From: Euglena gracilis
Taxonomy: Eukaryota
Assembly (NCBI GenBank): GCA_039621445.1
Contig: CP154954.1
Location: 13,806,387 to 13,870,386 of the forward strand
Length of the DNA: 64,000 nucleotides
Direction: 5' to 3'
Part shown: positions 1 to 11,454 of the stretch, piece by piece
Position numbering within the stretch: the stretch's first letter is position 1
How the letters are laid out: the number at the start of each line of letters is the position of its first letter
Translations under genes and position numbers: made by a program
The notes under the pieces: generated by a model
The model's input: only the letters and a program-made list of their open reading frames with translations
The model's database searches: none
Told to the model about the DNA's origin: nothing

Positions 1-2
1 TT

Positions 3-482
3 TTCCTCCAAACACCTCCCAACAGACCCTTTTCCCGAAAACAAATACAATGCCTTGGGAACTTTCCAACTTCCCACACCTTTGATGGATGCTCTTTCGC
101 TCAAACAACCATAATAATTGTTGAGCCTGGGCCGTTTACTCTCCTGGCTTGCACACGTGGTCCACGGTTTGCCCTTCCTCGACACGGGCTGCCATTGGCA
201 ACTCAAAGCCTCAAGGCTCAAGGCCACTTGTCTTCTCGAGTTGGCTGTCGAGGATGACCTCGTTGAAATCATTGAATTGACACCGTTGCTCGTCTTCGAT
301 ATTGCACTCTTCATTGCCTGATTTCGAACCTGAGGTGAAGGGACTGGAAGACAAAGACACACATTCTCCACCACGGTAATACCATGCCCCCTCCCGATAG
401 TGTCCCCTCCCCGATAGTGTCCCATACCCCTTGCTTTTTGCCTTGCCCATGCCCACCTTGTGGTGGAGCCGGATATGGGACA
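3..482 (-). CDS. Open frame running off the left window edge, ending in a SAM-binding motif-I-like peptide (possible start of a cytosine-C5 methyltransferase in a retroelement)
   Basis: Manual translation: the minus frame is open from 482 to 3 and ends ...WKVPKALYLFSGKGSVGRCLEE (56->3), resembling the xLDLFSGxGG/S motif. It is absent from the ORF track because it has no stop in the window. It lies downstream of the gag-like region. Confidence 0.35.
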
Positions 483-599
483 CTATCAGGAGGTGGGAAT
501 GGTATTCTCCATGTGAAGATGTGGTTGGGTTATGCAAAATACTTTGGGTGTTTTCGATGCCCGAGGATGTAAACCCCTCAAAAACATGACCCCGGCGTC

Positions 600-917
600 C
601 CTAATGACTAATAGGGTGAGCCACCGCTGGCGTTGGGTTATTGTTATCGCCCTTCCCCCCTTTGGCACCGAAATTCTGGTCAAATCCTTTGCCCCTCCCC
701 CTTCCCTTACCACCGTTACCCTTGTACCCCTGTTGACCACCCCCAGGGGGTGTTCCCCCCGCGTCCCCCCCCCGCGTCCCCCCCCCGCGTCCCCTCCCGC
801 GTCCCGGATTTTGGCCAGGCAAGTTTTTTGGTCGACCAAAGGAAAATTACACACAAATTTGGGTGACGCCGAAGAAAACGTGTGGGGGCAGTTGGGCCAC
901 GGATCCCCCCCGCGACC

Positions 918-954
<37 letters not shown>

Positions 955-3900
955 TCCCCCCCCCCCGCGTCCCGAACCACCCCACCCCATACCATTGGGA
1001 GTTGTTTGCCCCATATCCCTGGGAATTATTCCCCCCTTTCCATTGGCTGCCATTGACATACGGCTGAAAATTGTTTCTGTTCCACGGGGCTTGTCTAGCA
1101 ACATACGGTTGTGAGGGGGGTGGGATCCAATTGTGTCCCCCCCACCACCGATCTTTGCACATTGGGTGGGTTCGTTGTAAGTCCTGAAGAATTGTTTGAT
1201 GGTTGCACATTTGAAGATGAAAGCACAACACATTGATCAGGTTTTGCTGTTTCATTGGTTTGTGATTTGCTTCTGGTTGGTGTTGTTGCCGGGAGGTGTT
1301 GTTGCCCTACCAGGGGTTGACCCTGGTGAACTCTTCCGACTCCCTGATTGCCTCCCCCCTCGATTTCCAGCACCCACCGATCTTGGACGCCTGAACCCTT
1401 GACAGCCTGGGGCACAACTTTGCAAGGCATCTTGTTTGTTTCTGAGTGCCAATTTTGTTTTCACGAGGTTGAAAATGTCCTCGGTGGTCAAAACCAGTTC
1501 AATTTACTGAACCTGAAACAAAACGTTGGAATCGTCAAACTCTTTGCCATTAAAACTTTTGACTTTTTCATAGGCAGAAATGTCAGGGAAAATGACTTCA
1601 AATTCCCCCTCGTGAATTTCCGACACTTTTGTGGGTCTTTTCCTAAGTATTCTGCCCAAGCTTTCCGAAACCATTTCTGAATTCCTATTCCCTGGCACCT
1701 TCAGGCGTAAAGTTGGGTGATTATTCAGCCTCCTTTCCTCCTCATCTGAAACCCATTTTAGGATGAATGAGGGAAATTTCTGCAACAAGAGCCGTTTTGC
1801 TTCCCCCTCCCCGGCATCCTTAACCCTGCACTTGGCCATCTTGAAATCTGCCTGAAATTCCAGCCAGTGCTCAAGGGTAACTTTGCCTTGATTAAAAAGA
1901 TTCACCTGCTGCAAATTTTGTCTTGCCCCAGATTCCTGATTCTGCGAAAATGTCATTTTCAGGTGACCCCACCCGGCATTAAAATTGATCCCCCCTTCCT
2001 TGAGATGGAGCCCCAGATTTTCTTTGCTCGTTTCGTCAAGACAATCCTCCAACAGAGAAACCTTCAAATCTTCACTCACTTCCCCCCCTACAGAATTCAG
2101 TTTCCGTGAAAATGCTTGCCAATCCTCAGGAAATTGCTGCCAATCTTGAGATTTCCCTGAAAATTTTGGTGCAGTCAAATTTCTCAACACATGCTGCACC
2201 GCTGGGTTACCAACACTTATGACTGGTGGTCGCTGGGGTGCCCCCCAAATGGCACAAATGCCACTGACCTGATTTATTGCAAATGCACCCCCCTGTGAAA
2301 TACTTGATGGTCCGCACCCGCCCAGATCAACATCCCAGATTTCACACGGCATCATTGGGGTTACTCCATTAATCCCGAAAATCCCAGATGATTGAGCCGG
2401 TGACACCCCCTCAATGCCAAAAATCCCAGAATTCGGCTGATTTACTGTCTTGGGCTGGGCCACTTCAGGTGCCTTGGGGTCAATTTGCTGTGTCTTTTCG
2501 GCTGAAATTTCCTGAACCCTCCCCTCCATGAAATCTAAACGAGTCTGCAAAGTTTGACACAGTTTTTGCAAACCCTCCCGTTGACTCTTTTCACGCTGAA
2601 AATCTGTCTGCATGTTCATCAAAAATGTGAAAAGTTGCTGTTTCACTCCATTTTCAATGTCAGTTTGCAATGTTTCAAAATCCTTTTGGGTTTGCCTCAG
2701 CTTTTCATCCATCATTTGCACCATCATAATTTCCATCATTTTTCTGACCTGGGCTGCCATTTCCCTACGAACTGCCAGTTGAATTGTTGCTTCTGATTTT
2801 CCCAGCATTTAAACCACCTTATCCCAAGGCACCTCGTGGCTGCCCAGAAATTTCTCAATTGCTGTGATCCTGCCCCCCAGAGCTTTGCTCTCGTTTTTAA
2901 TTTGCTTCAAATCGCTGCTGAATTTCCTGGGTTAAGGTTCCAAAACTTGGTTTTGATTCCTCCCCCACCATTTTCTGCCCAGCAGCGATTTCAGCAAATT
3001 TTCTGTCCACCCCAGAGCATAGCTCACGATTTGCTTGTCGAATTGCCAAAATTTCTTTCTGAAAATCTGACTTTATTCCATCGACAGAATGTAAACAAAT
3101 GCCAACTTGTTCGACCAACCCACCTGGTGCAAACAATTTGTTCTGGACATCTTTTCCATGGCTCTCAAGTTGTGCCAGCTCACCAACCAGAAAATCTCGT
3201 AACTTTTTCTCAAAGTCATGAAATTTTCCTTCGATCTGCCTTTAAACTTCAATCCCCAAAAGTTGTTTGTGGCAGTTTGCAATGCTTTACACAGCACTCC
3301 CCCCCTCGTGGCATCGTAAAATAAATTGGCTGACTGTGCTGAATTTGTTCCTGACTTTTTTTATTTTCGTGCTCAAATTGGCTGCACATTTCAGCAGTTT
3401 GTTTCTCCAAATTTTTATGGACGAAATGCAAAAGTTCTGTCTGTGCTCGAGCATTTTTTTCAGCCAATTTCTTCTCAAAACTTTCCAGCCGCTTTTCAAC
3501 TACGACCTGGGGGGGAATTATGCTTTCCCAATTTGTTATACTTCGGCTCAATTCCTGCAAATAACAGTCCACCCCATATGCCCATTGGTCCCATGAGTCA
3601 AAATACCCACCCCCCATCATTTGGCATTCAGAATCGGGGGGCTGTGGTCCAAAAACAGGGGGCTGAAAAGCAGGCAATTCTGGTTCCATTCCCCCCCCTG
3701 ATTTCCATGTTTGACCCTGCTTGATTTAACAGCCGGGCTGGCTCCCCTATGGCCAGATTGGAAGATTCGGCCAGTGAAACTGCTGCCGTTAAATGTTCAG
3801 GGGCTGGCTGTGTAGAAATTAATACCCCCTCGCTGGCTGTTAATCCACGGTTAACTGAAAATCTGTCCTCCAACAAAAGTACAGGTTCATCCCCTTCAAT

Positions 3901-4300
3901 TTGTGGGAGATGTGTCCCAAATTCTGGGCACTTATTTCCAAACTGGCTGTCCAGCTGGGGGGTTTGCATCAGAAAACTGAAATTCGCAGAAAAATCTGGC
4001 AGATTTTGCTCCAAACCCTGACTTCTGGGTGGTACCCAACCTGCAGCAATCAAAAAATCCTCCATTTCTCTCAACCGATCTGGGTTTTGCGCACCCTCCG
4101 TTTCACAGTCACTTTGATACAACGGAGGGGATTCTACCCACTGAACTAGCTGATTTTCCCCTTCTGGCTGTGAATTTTCCCCCTGTGCAGTTATCATCCT
4201 TACGTGGAAACAGTTTACAGGGCTATCCCCTGATTTTTCAGACGAAAACTCTGAAATATCACCTGAGGCAACCTGTGATTGTGTAAAACATGTGATTGCA
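600..4300 (-). pseudogene. gag: Decayed gag-like gene of a second LTR retrotransposon family (coiled coil + capsid-like domain + Gly/Gln/Pro-rich tail)
   Basis: Successive minus ORF pieces 3628-4197, 3249-3689, 2897-3136, 1504-2808 and 1252-1491. ORF 1504-2808 has heptad coiled coil, then LTAPKFSGKSQDWQQFPEDWQAF...LLEDCLDE, which parallels VKPQWDGDPTTWRQFFRDWEYY...FIDCLPR in the Gag of the complete element. Many stops and frameshifts. Confidence 0.65.
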
Positions 4301-5549
4301 AATGGCAGGGAGCTGGGAATTGATTGATTTGAGATTCAAGATTGATTGGCAGACCCTGCAGAAAAACCCGAATGATTCTTTTCGCCCAGCTGACTTCGAC
4401 CAACTGATTGAAACAACCCCTCAGATTCCACAGATTCTGCAGTTCTGACATTTTGATTTCGGGGGCTGCTCTCTGAAAAATCTGGTGGCTGACCTGAAAA
4501 ATTCTGTGATTCCACATTCACAGACTCAGCAAACATTTTGGGCTTTGAAAAATCTGTGACCATGTCAAACCTTTCAGCAAGATTTCTGCTGGCTGTGCCA
4601 GCAAAGTCGTCCGTATTTTCTGGGCTGAAAATTCTTTTGTCGACAGGGCTTGCGACAAATTCTCTGCTTTTCATGTTCAGGGATTTTGAAAACTTTTCAC
4701 TGACGAAGTCAGTGAATCCTCCTCTACTAACCATGATTAGGGGTTCTGGTTTGTCATCAACCGATTCCAAAAATTCTTTACTGACAGAGTCAGTGAAGCA
4801 ACCTCTGCGTACCATGTTCACACCCGGCGCCCCCCCTGCGAGTGTCGGACCCGAGACCCCAGCCCCCCGGCCGGCTGCCTCGTCCCCGACACCCACCCTT
4901 GGGGCTGCCGTTCCCTGGCCCGGGGCCAGTGTTTTTCCGGGTGTTGGAGGGCTCAGGCCACCCCCCGTTTCGCCCACTGGTGTACCCCCGAAAAGAGGGG
5001 TGTGCGTAGTTTCCCTGAAAACTTGCACAAAGTCAAACTTCCGTTTAAGTGAAAATGTTGTCCCAAATGTCTTTCTACATGAGGCCATTTCACCCACCCT
5101 TTCTTCAGGTATTCAAAACACTGGAAAGGGTCAGGGTGGGTGTTTTGGTGCAGTGGATGGTGGTAAAAGGCAACAAAAACACGCGCACACCGTGAAAGTG
5201 GGAAGAGGGACCTGAAATTGACAATTCTTCCAAACAATGCACCTTGGCTTGAATTCAACTCTCCAATTCAATCTTTGATTGTAAGCCAGACGGAAAAAAA
5301 AACCCACAAAGGTCTGCGGAAGCAAATTGTGTTAAATTAGATCCTCAAATTAGGCTTTTCCTATTGAATGCGTGTCCTTGTGCGGAATGAAAATTCCGTG
5401 TTTTCAAAAGCTTCCGCCTTACCACTTTTGACTGTCGGACGCCCCCGACAGTCGACACCCCCTCCCTTGCGACATTAGTCGGACCCTCAAAAAAAAATAT
5501 GGCTCGAGCAAAAAAGTTGTCCACCGTTTTTTCCCAAAGAAATATTGTT

Positions 5550-5868
5550 GGACTGGCAAAAGGGGTCATTTTTAGGGTCAAAAAATCAAAAAAAATTCAA
5601 AATATCTCGAAAACGCTGGGGAGTTGAGAAAAAGTAAAGAGTACCTCATTCCAGAACTTTGGGACGCCCTATCCACCAGTATACACGGTTTGGGCCAACT
5701 CCTTGCCTGGGCCGAGATATGGCCGTTTTGTGGTTTCGCCAGGGGGGGGACTGCCAAAAATGGGTCATTTTGGGGGTCAAAAAATCGAAAAATTCGAAAT
5801 ATCTCGAAAACGTTGCGGTGTTGAGAAAAAGTAAAGAGGACCTCATTCCACAACTTTGGGACGCCCGA
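5550..5868. repeat. Local direct duplication of ~120 bp (5550-5670 vs 5748-5868)
   Basis: Both copies contain gggtcaaaaaatc...atatctcgaaaacg...ttgagaaaaagtaaagag..cctcattcca.aactttgggacgccc. Confidence 0.8.
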
Positions 5869-6190
5869 TCGATCGGTATGCGCGGTTTTGGTTAACTCCT
5901 CGCCTAGCACTAGGTACGGCCGTTTTGGGGTTTTGGGCCAGTTTTGCAAGTTTTGGCCATTTCGGGCACGTTCGTGGCCCGAAACCGCAAATTGGCCGTT
6001 TCTCGGGCTAGACGGGGAGTTGGGACCCAAACCAGGGGGTCAATCATAAGGTTTAGGGGGGGTTTTGACCGTTTTTTTTTGGGGTTCCTCGGGTCGGATT
6101 GTGCGATTTTTTTGGGCCAGTTTTGGGTATTCGGGATCCCCTTTGGGGGTTTGAGGGCGGCTGGGCGAGGGAGGGGGGGTCGGCGCATGG

Positions 6191-8979
6191 CGGTAGATTG
6201 GGGGGGGGTAGTGGGTAGTCGGCCGACTAGTCGGCCGACTACCCAATTGGTCCGCCGACTAGGCCTAGTCGGTAGCTAGTCGGCGAGACAGAAGGGGGGG
6301 GGGGGGGGGAATGGGTTGTCGGCCAACTAGTCGGCCGACTACCAACTCTAATGTACTAACGGGTCAAAACCGCCGACTTTTAAGCCCCCCCCCCATGAAC
6401 AAAATCCAATGCAAACCAGTTGGTGGCTAGTCGGCGGTCATAAAAATGGTCTGTGGCGGGCCCAATTCACCCGGAAATGGTCCGGATGGGTCCAAATAAG
6501 TGTCTTACGTCTAAATAAACACCCCCAGAGGGAAATTGTTGGTCAGTGGGGGGCATAGGTGTAGGAACAATTTTTTCCCGGGGGGGGCGAGCCAAAAAAA
6601 AATTTCTTGGCACAACCAAAATGTATTTTTTTCTGTCCTCCTGGCCCTGAACGTCTCTTTGAAGTCCAAGGAGCCCAGGTACAGGGGTCCCGGACCCCCC
6701 CTGTTCACAACCGAACTGAACTGGACATGTTGACTTCCCGGAGGGGGGGAGGAGGGGTCCGGCGCCGAAGGCGCCGAAAATTTTTGAAAATGCCCTTTTC
6801 GGTGTTCGCACGTCGTTCCGTTTTTCTTTTTTTTTCCGATGTGAACAAGTACATCCAGGTACACGGGGGGGGGGTCTCGGGACCCCCTGTGCACTTCTGA
6901 AGTGAACTGAACAGGGGGGAGGGGGGGAGGGGGGGAGAGGGAGTCTGGGGTCCCGAAATGGACTACCTAGCCTCCAATGCCCCCCAAAAATAAACTACAA
7001 AGCGAAATCATGGGTAGAACCCTTTGGAAACTTCCCAACTCAACCCAACTGTCAACTTTGCAACCTGGGGTGGGGGGTTACGAAGAAACGATTTTTTCAC
7101 TTTGCGCCATAGCTGGCGTTTTTTTGTTTTTTTTTTGAATAAAAAAAATGTTTTTTTGTTTTTTATTAAAAAAAACAAGCAAAAAAAACGGCAAAAAAAA
7201 CAAAGGGGAAAATGATGGTCCAAATTTTGCCTTTGATCGCAAGGGTGAACCAATCTTAGCTCAAATGACATGAAAACCAATACTTTTGGTTGTCTTCAAC
7301 AAGAATGGTCAAAATAGGGCATTTTTCTGCCATTTTGGCCTGAAACCATTCCAAACTAGGTCCTTTTTTGACAGAGCGCGGGAACCATCCGAGTTTGGGG
7401 AAACTCTGCGGGTCAATTTCAATGAAAAAAACAATTTGTGCAAAGCATAGCTGGCACTTCGTTTTAAACGAAGTAAAAAATAACACGTTTTTTTAAAAAA
7501 AATGTTTTTTTTAAAAAAAACAAAAAAAACGCCATTGAGGGTCCAGGGCAAAAAACATGCCTTTAATTTTACCTTTTTTTGGCCATCCTCTGTCAGAGAA
7601 AGACACCAAAAAGCATAGTTAAATTTTGCCTTTTGTTTTTTAGTGGGGGGACTCATGGCGAATCGGGTTGTATTCAAACAGCCAAGGTGAAAGTGGTTTG
7701 TGGGGTCCCCCCCAAAAAATTAGTATCAAAGTAGGGGAAAAAAGTCGGTTTGTGGCCAAAATCAAACATCAAGAAGTGCCATGGGTTTCAGGGAGGTGAA
7801 ATGAGCATTTCCTCAAAGGCAATTATTTTGGCCGCCAAAGGCGGCCGAGACGGTAATGTATTTTGCAATTTCATTTTCTAGAAATGTGATTTTAACTGGT
7901 AAGGTGGCTGCCGAAGGCAGCCGAGATGGTAACGCCCTTTGAACCATTGATCATGTCATTGCAAAGAAAAATATCATACTCATGCCAAAAAATTTTCTTT
8001 CCAAAATCCCGGGGGGGGGGCGGCCGCCCCCCCCGACCCCCACTTTCTACACCCCTGGTGGGGGGTCGGTGGGCCCTTGATGGGGGTCCGGAGGGGTAAA
8101 AAACCAATGATGAAACAGGGATTACATGAAAATCCTTTAGAAATGCAATCTGCAATCTGCATTCTGCATCACGAGAGGCAGAAAACTCCCCCGTCCACCC
8201 CAATCCGAGCCTCAAATAACAAAATCCCTTCTGTGATGACAACATACTCGGGGGCTAAGTCGTTTTTGTGGCTCACTTTGGCATAGGCGGGGGGGGGGCT
8301 CCGCTCCCCCCGCACCCCCCCTCAAATAACAAAATCTCTTCTGTGTTGGCAACATACTCGGGGCTAAGTCGTTTTTGTGGCTCACTTTGGCATAGGCGGG
8401 GGGGGGGGGCTCCGCTCCCCCCGCACCCCCCCTCAAATAACAAAATCCCTTCAGTGTTGGCAACATACTCGGGGGCTAAGTCGTTTTTGGGGCTCACTTT
8501 GGCATAGGCGGGGAGGGCTCCGCCCCCCCGCACCCCCCCCACTCTAATAACAAAATCCCTTGTATGCTGGCAATAGACTTGGAGGGATAATACCTTTTTT
8601 TTGTGCAAATTTTGACTTATATTGAAAAATCAATTGGGAGAGGTGTTCTTTTGTCAAAAGTGGCCCAAAATGGACATTTTCCCCCAATTTTTTTGCATAT
8701 TCACCCGTGATTGGGGGGTTCTGGAGCCATTTGGGTGGGTTTTGACTGGTGTTGAGGTGATTTAGACAAAAAAATTCCCAGGGGGGGGGGCTTAAAAGTC
8801 GGCGGTTTTGACCCGTTAGTACATTAGAGTGGGTAGTCGGCCGACTAGTCGGCCGACTACCCAATTGGTCCGCCGACTAGTCGGCCCACCAATTAGTCGG
8901 CCGACTACCCAATTGGTCAGCCGACTAGTCGGCCGACTAGTCGGCCGACTACCCACTACCCCCCCCCCCCAGTCTACCG
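6191..8979. mobile_element. Pair of ~200-bp imperfect inverted repeats (6191-6394 / 8780-8979) built on TAGTCGGCCGAC units; foldback-like element or two inverted MITE copies
   Basis: cggtagattgggg..tagtgggtagtcggccgacta at left vs tagtcggccgactacccactacccc..agtctaccg at right. ctctaatgtactaacgggtcaaaaccgccgacttttaag is the reverse complement of the block at ~8791-8829. No clear TSD. Confidence 0.65.
8211..8575. repeat. Tandem repeat, ~3 copies of a ~110-bp unit
   Basis: ctcaaataacaaaatcccttc.gtg.tg.caacatactcggggctaagtcgtttttg.ggctcactttggcataggcgggg recurs at ~8211, 8321 and 8432, with a partial copy at ~8542. Confidence 0.9.
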
Positions 8980-9978
8980 TTTGGCACTGGGGGGGGTTGG
9001 GTCGGGAGGCAGGTCGGGACCAAAAATTTTGAAAAAAATTTTTTTTCGCTCAAAAACACTTTTTTTTCACTTAGGAAATCAAAAAAAGTGTTTTTGAGCG
9101 AGAAAAATTTTCCGACCCAGACCCCCCCATGCCCCCCTGGGTGGGCCTACCCCCCCCCGGCCGGTGGACTTAGCCATTTTTGGGTCAAAAAGTCGAAAAA
9201 CTTCGAAAAAAATCTTTTTGCCCAAAACCACGTTTTTTGACCTCCCGGACCATAAAAATTCATTTTTTGGCCGAAAATGACTGTTTTTTGATCCCGGACC
9301 CTTGTTTTTGGCCCGAAACCAATGTATTTTGGGTCATTTTCGGGTAAAAAAAGGTCGAAAAAAATTCAAAATTTTTTTTTGCCCAAAACGATGTTTTTGG
9401 ACCTCCCGGACCTGGAAAAAGTGTTTTTGAACCGAAAATGAGCGCCGGCCTGGCCGACGGCCGGGCCGGGCCGCCGGGCCGCCGGCCGCCGGGCCTGGCT
9501 GGGCCGGGCCGCACCACTGGGCCGCTGGCAGGCCGGGCCGGGCCGGGGTGGTCGATCAAAGAGCACAGCTCTACGTCACACCCTGGTACCAGGGTACCCA
9601 TCTTATGGACATGTAGGGTAATTTGAGTAACCCCCCCTAACGGAGCCCAGTCACCGGAGGGGGGTCCCGCGGGACCCCCCTGTCAGGTTGCGAGCCAACC
9701 GGACCGGTCAAGTTCGAGGTGGGGAGGGGGGTCCGGGGTCTGGACTAACAAAATTTTGTTGGAGAGCCAAAGCACCGGGGGGGGGGGGGGTCCCGCGGGA
9801 ACCCCCCTGTCGGGGTGCGAACTTTAACCATACAAGGGGGGGATTAGGATTAGGATTAGATGCGCCCCACTTCACTGCAATGCCCAAGGTCGACAGGGCC
9901 TCTATGGCCCTCCCTCCAAGGGGCCTACCCGGGGCCCGGATGCCGCTCTGTGACGAACGTGGTGTCGTAGGTTGATCC

Positions 9979-11454
9979 GGGGGCGTTTGGCCGGACCAAC
10001 CTAGCCGGCTGGCCGGACCAACCTAGCCGGCTGGCAGACCAACCTAGCCAGCCAACATGCCTGCCCCCTAGCTGTTCGTCCAGATGAAAGCCACTTTCGC
10101 TAGCCGCCCGGCTATCCAGACCAAAAAATACGTCCGCCGCACGCAGTCCTGGCAGCAGCAGGGAAAAAAATGTGTGTGTTCTGGATGGGAATAAGTTCGC
10201 CGTGCCAAAGTTTGCTCGCACAAGGTCACCGTGCTGAATGTTCGGACCGAAATGCGGCCCGCCTGTTGGCTTTATCCCGTGGGTGCTCCGGACAACAAAG
10301 AAACCTGCCCGAGGCCTCCCCAAAAAACTGGTCCCCACGTGTGGCACCAAAACTGGTTCCCACATGTGGCACTGAAAGTGCTTCCCAAACTGGGGCAGTC
10401 TCAAATAATTCTTTAAGAACTATAACCAAGACGTGGGTCCCAAAATGCCCCAAGGTCTGGCCCAAGATGGCACCAAACTGGGGGGGGGGGGCTCAACATA
10501 ATGTTTTCAGAACAAGAACGCTACAACAAAGCCTTTTTCAAATGCCCTTGGCAAAAAAACAATCAAACAACCTTGTTGAACTGCAAAGGCAGAAAGCAAA
10601 GGTGAACATTGCAGCAAAGAAGAGAGCACAGTTTGAAGCAACAGGGTCCTGTTTTTTTATGTAAAATACCAAAAAGACCCTGACAAAAACACTTTAAAAT
10701 CCTTCACTTCATTACTCTTCGTCTCCGCTTTGTTCATCTTCTGCTTCTTCACACTTCAACCTGTGAGTCAAGGATGACAGACGAAAGACCAAAAAAGAAT
10801 TACAGTTTGAAGGCGAAGGAAAGTAAATTGGAAAGCAAGAAAACACAGAACGCAAGGCCAAAATGTCCCCAAGTCACCAGGCCCAAGACACAGAGCTGCA
10901 GCTGGAGCTCTGTGAAATGGCAGCAAAAGTTCCAAAACTGTAAAATGCGACCAGAAAACCATGAGAAAGCTCAGAAAATGATATAAAAACAGAACGCCCA
11001 ACAGAAGACATGCCATACAAGAGGGTGGGACTCAAAATTGTCACCCAGCGGACCAAATTTTGGAGAAAATGCCACATTTTTTAAAGTGGTCCAGATGCAC
11101 TAGAAAAGACCAATAGAATCATTCTTCAAAATACACTTTAAGATGGGCGTACCTGCTTCAACGTTCAAAAAATCTTTGCATGACTGCATTCCTTATCCTT
11201 CAAATAGCTTGTACCTGAAGTCAGAATAAAGATAAATAAATAATTCCAAGAGGGAATAATACTTTTCTGACACACAATTAGGAAATACCGGGCGTGGTCG
11301 CCTGCGCTAGCCCTTTCGTGATTTTGAGACCAACCTAGCCCTCCGTCCGTCCAGCCAAAATGCACCCTGTCCAGCCGTCCGTCCAGGTGAAAGGAATTTT
11401 CTCTAGCCGTCCGTCCGTCCGTCCGTCCGTCCGTCGGTCCGTCCGCACGCCTCC
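9979..11454. mobile_element. Non-autonomous TIR DNA transposon, copy 1 (~1.5 kb; PIF/Harbinger-like termini)
   Basis: Colinear with 49537-51065. Termini GGGGGCGTTTGG...CCGCACGCCTCC form an imperfect TIR. Subterminal accaacctagcc and (ccgt)n repeats. Flanks tcc/tct. No coding capacity seen. Confidence 0.75.

Noticed and set aside
8211-8575. CRISPR-like appearance of regularly spaced repeats (also 47705-47940)
   Set aside because: Whole units are repeated with no unique spacers, there are no cas genes, and the context is eukaryotic.
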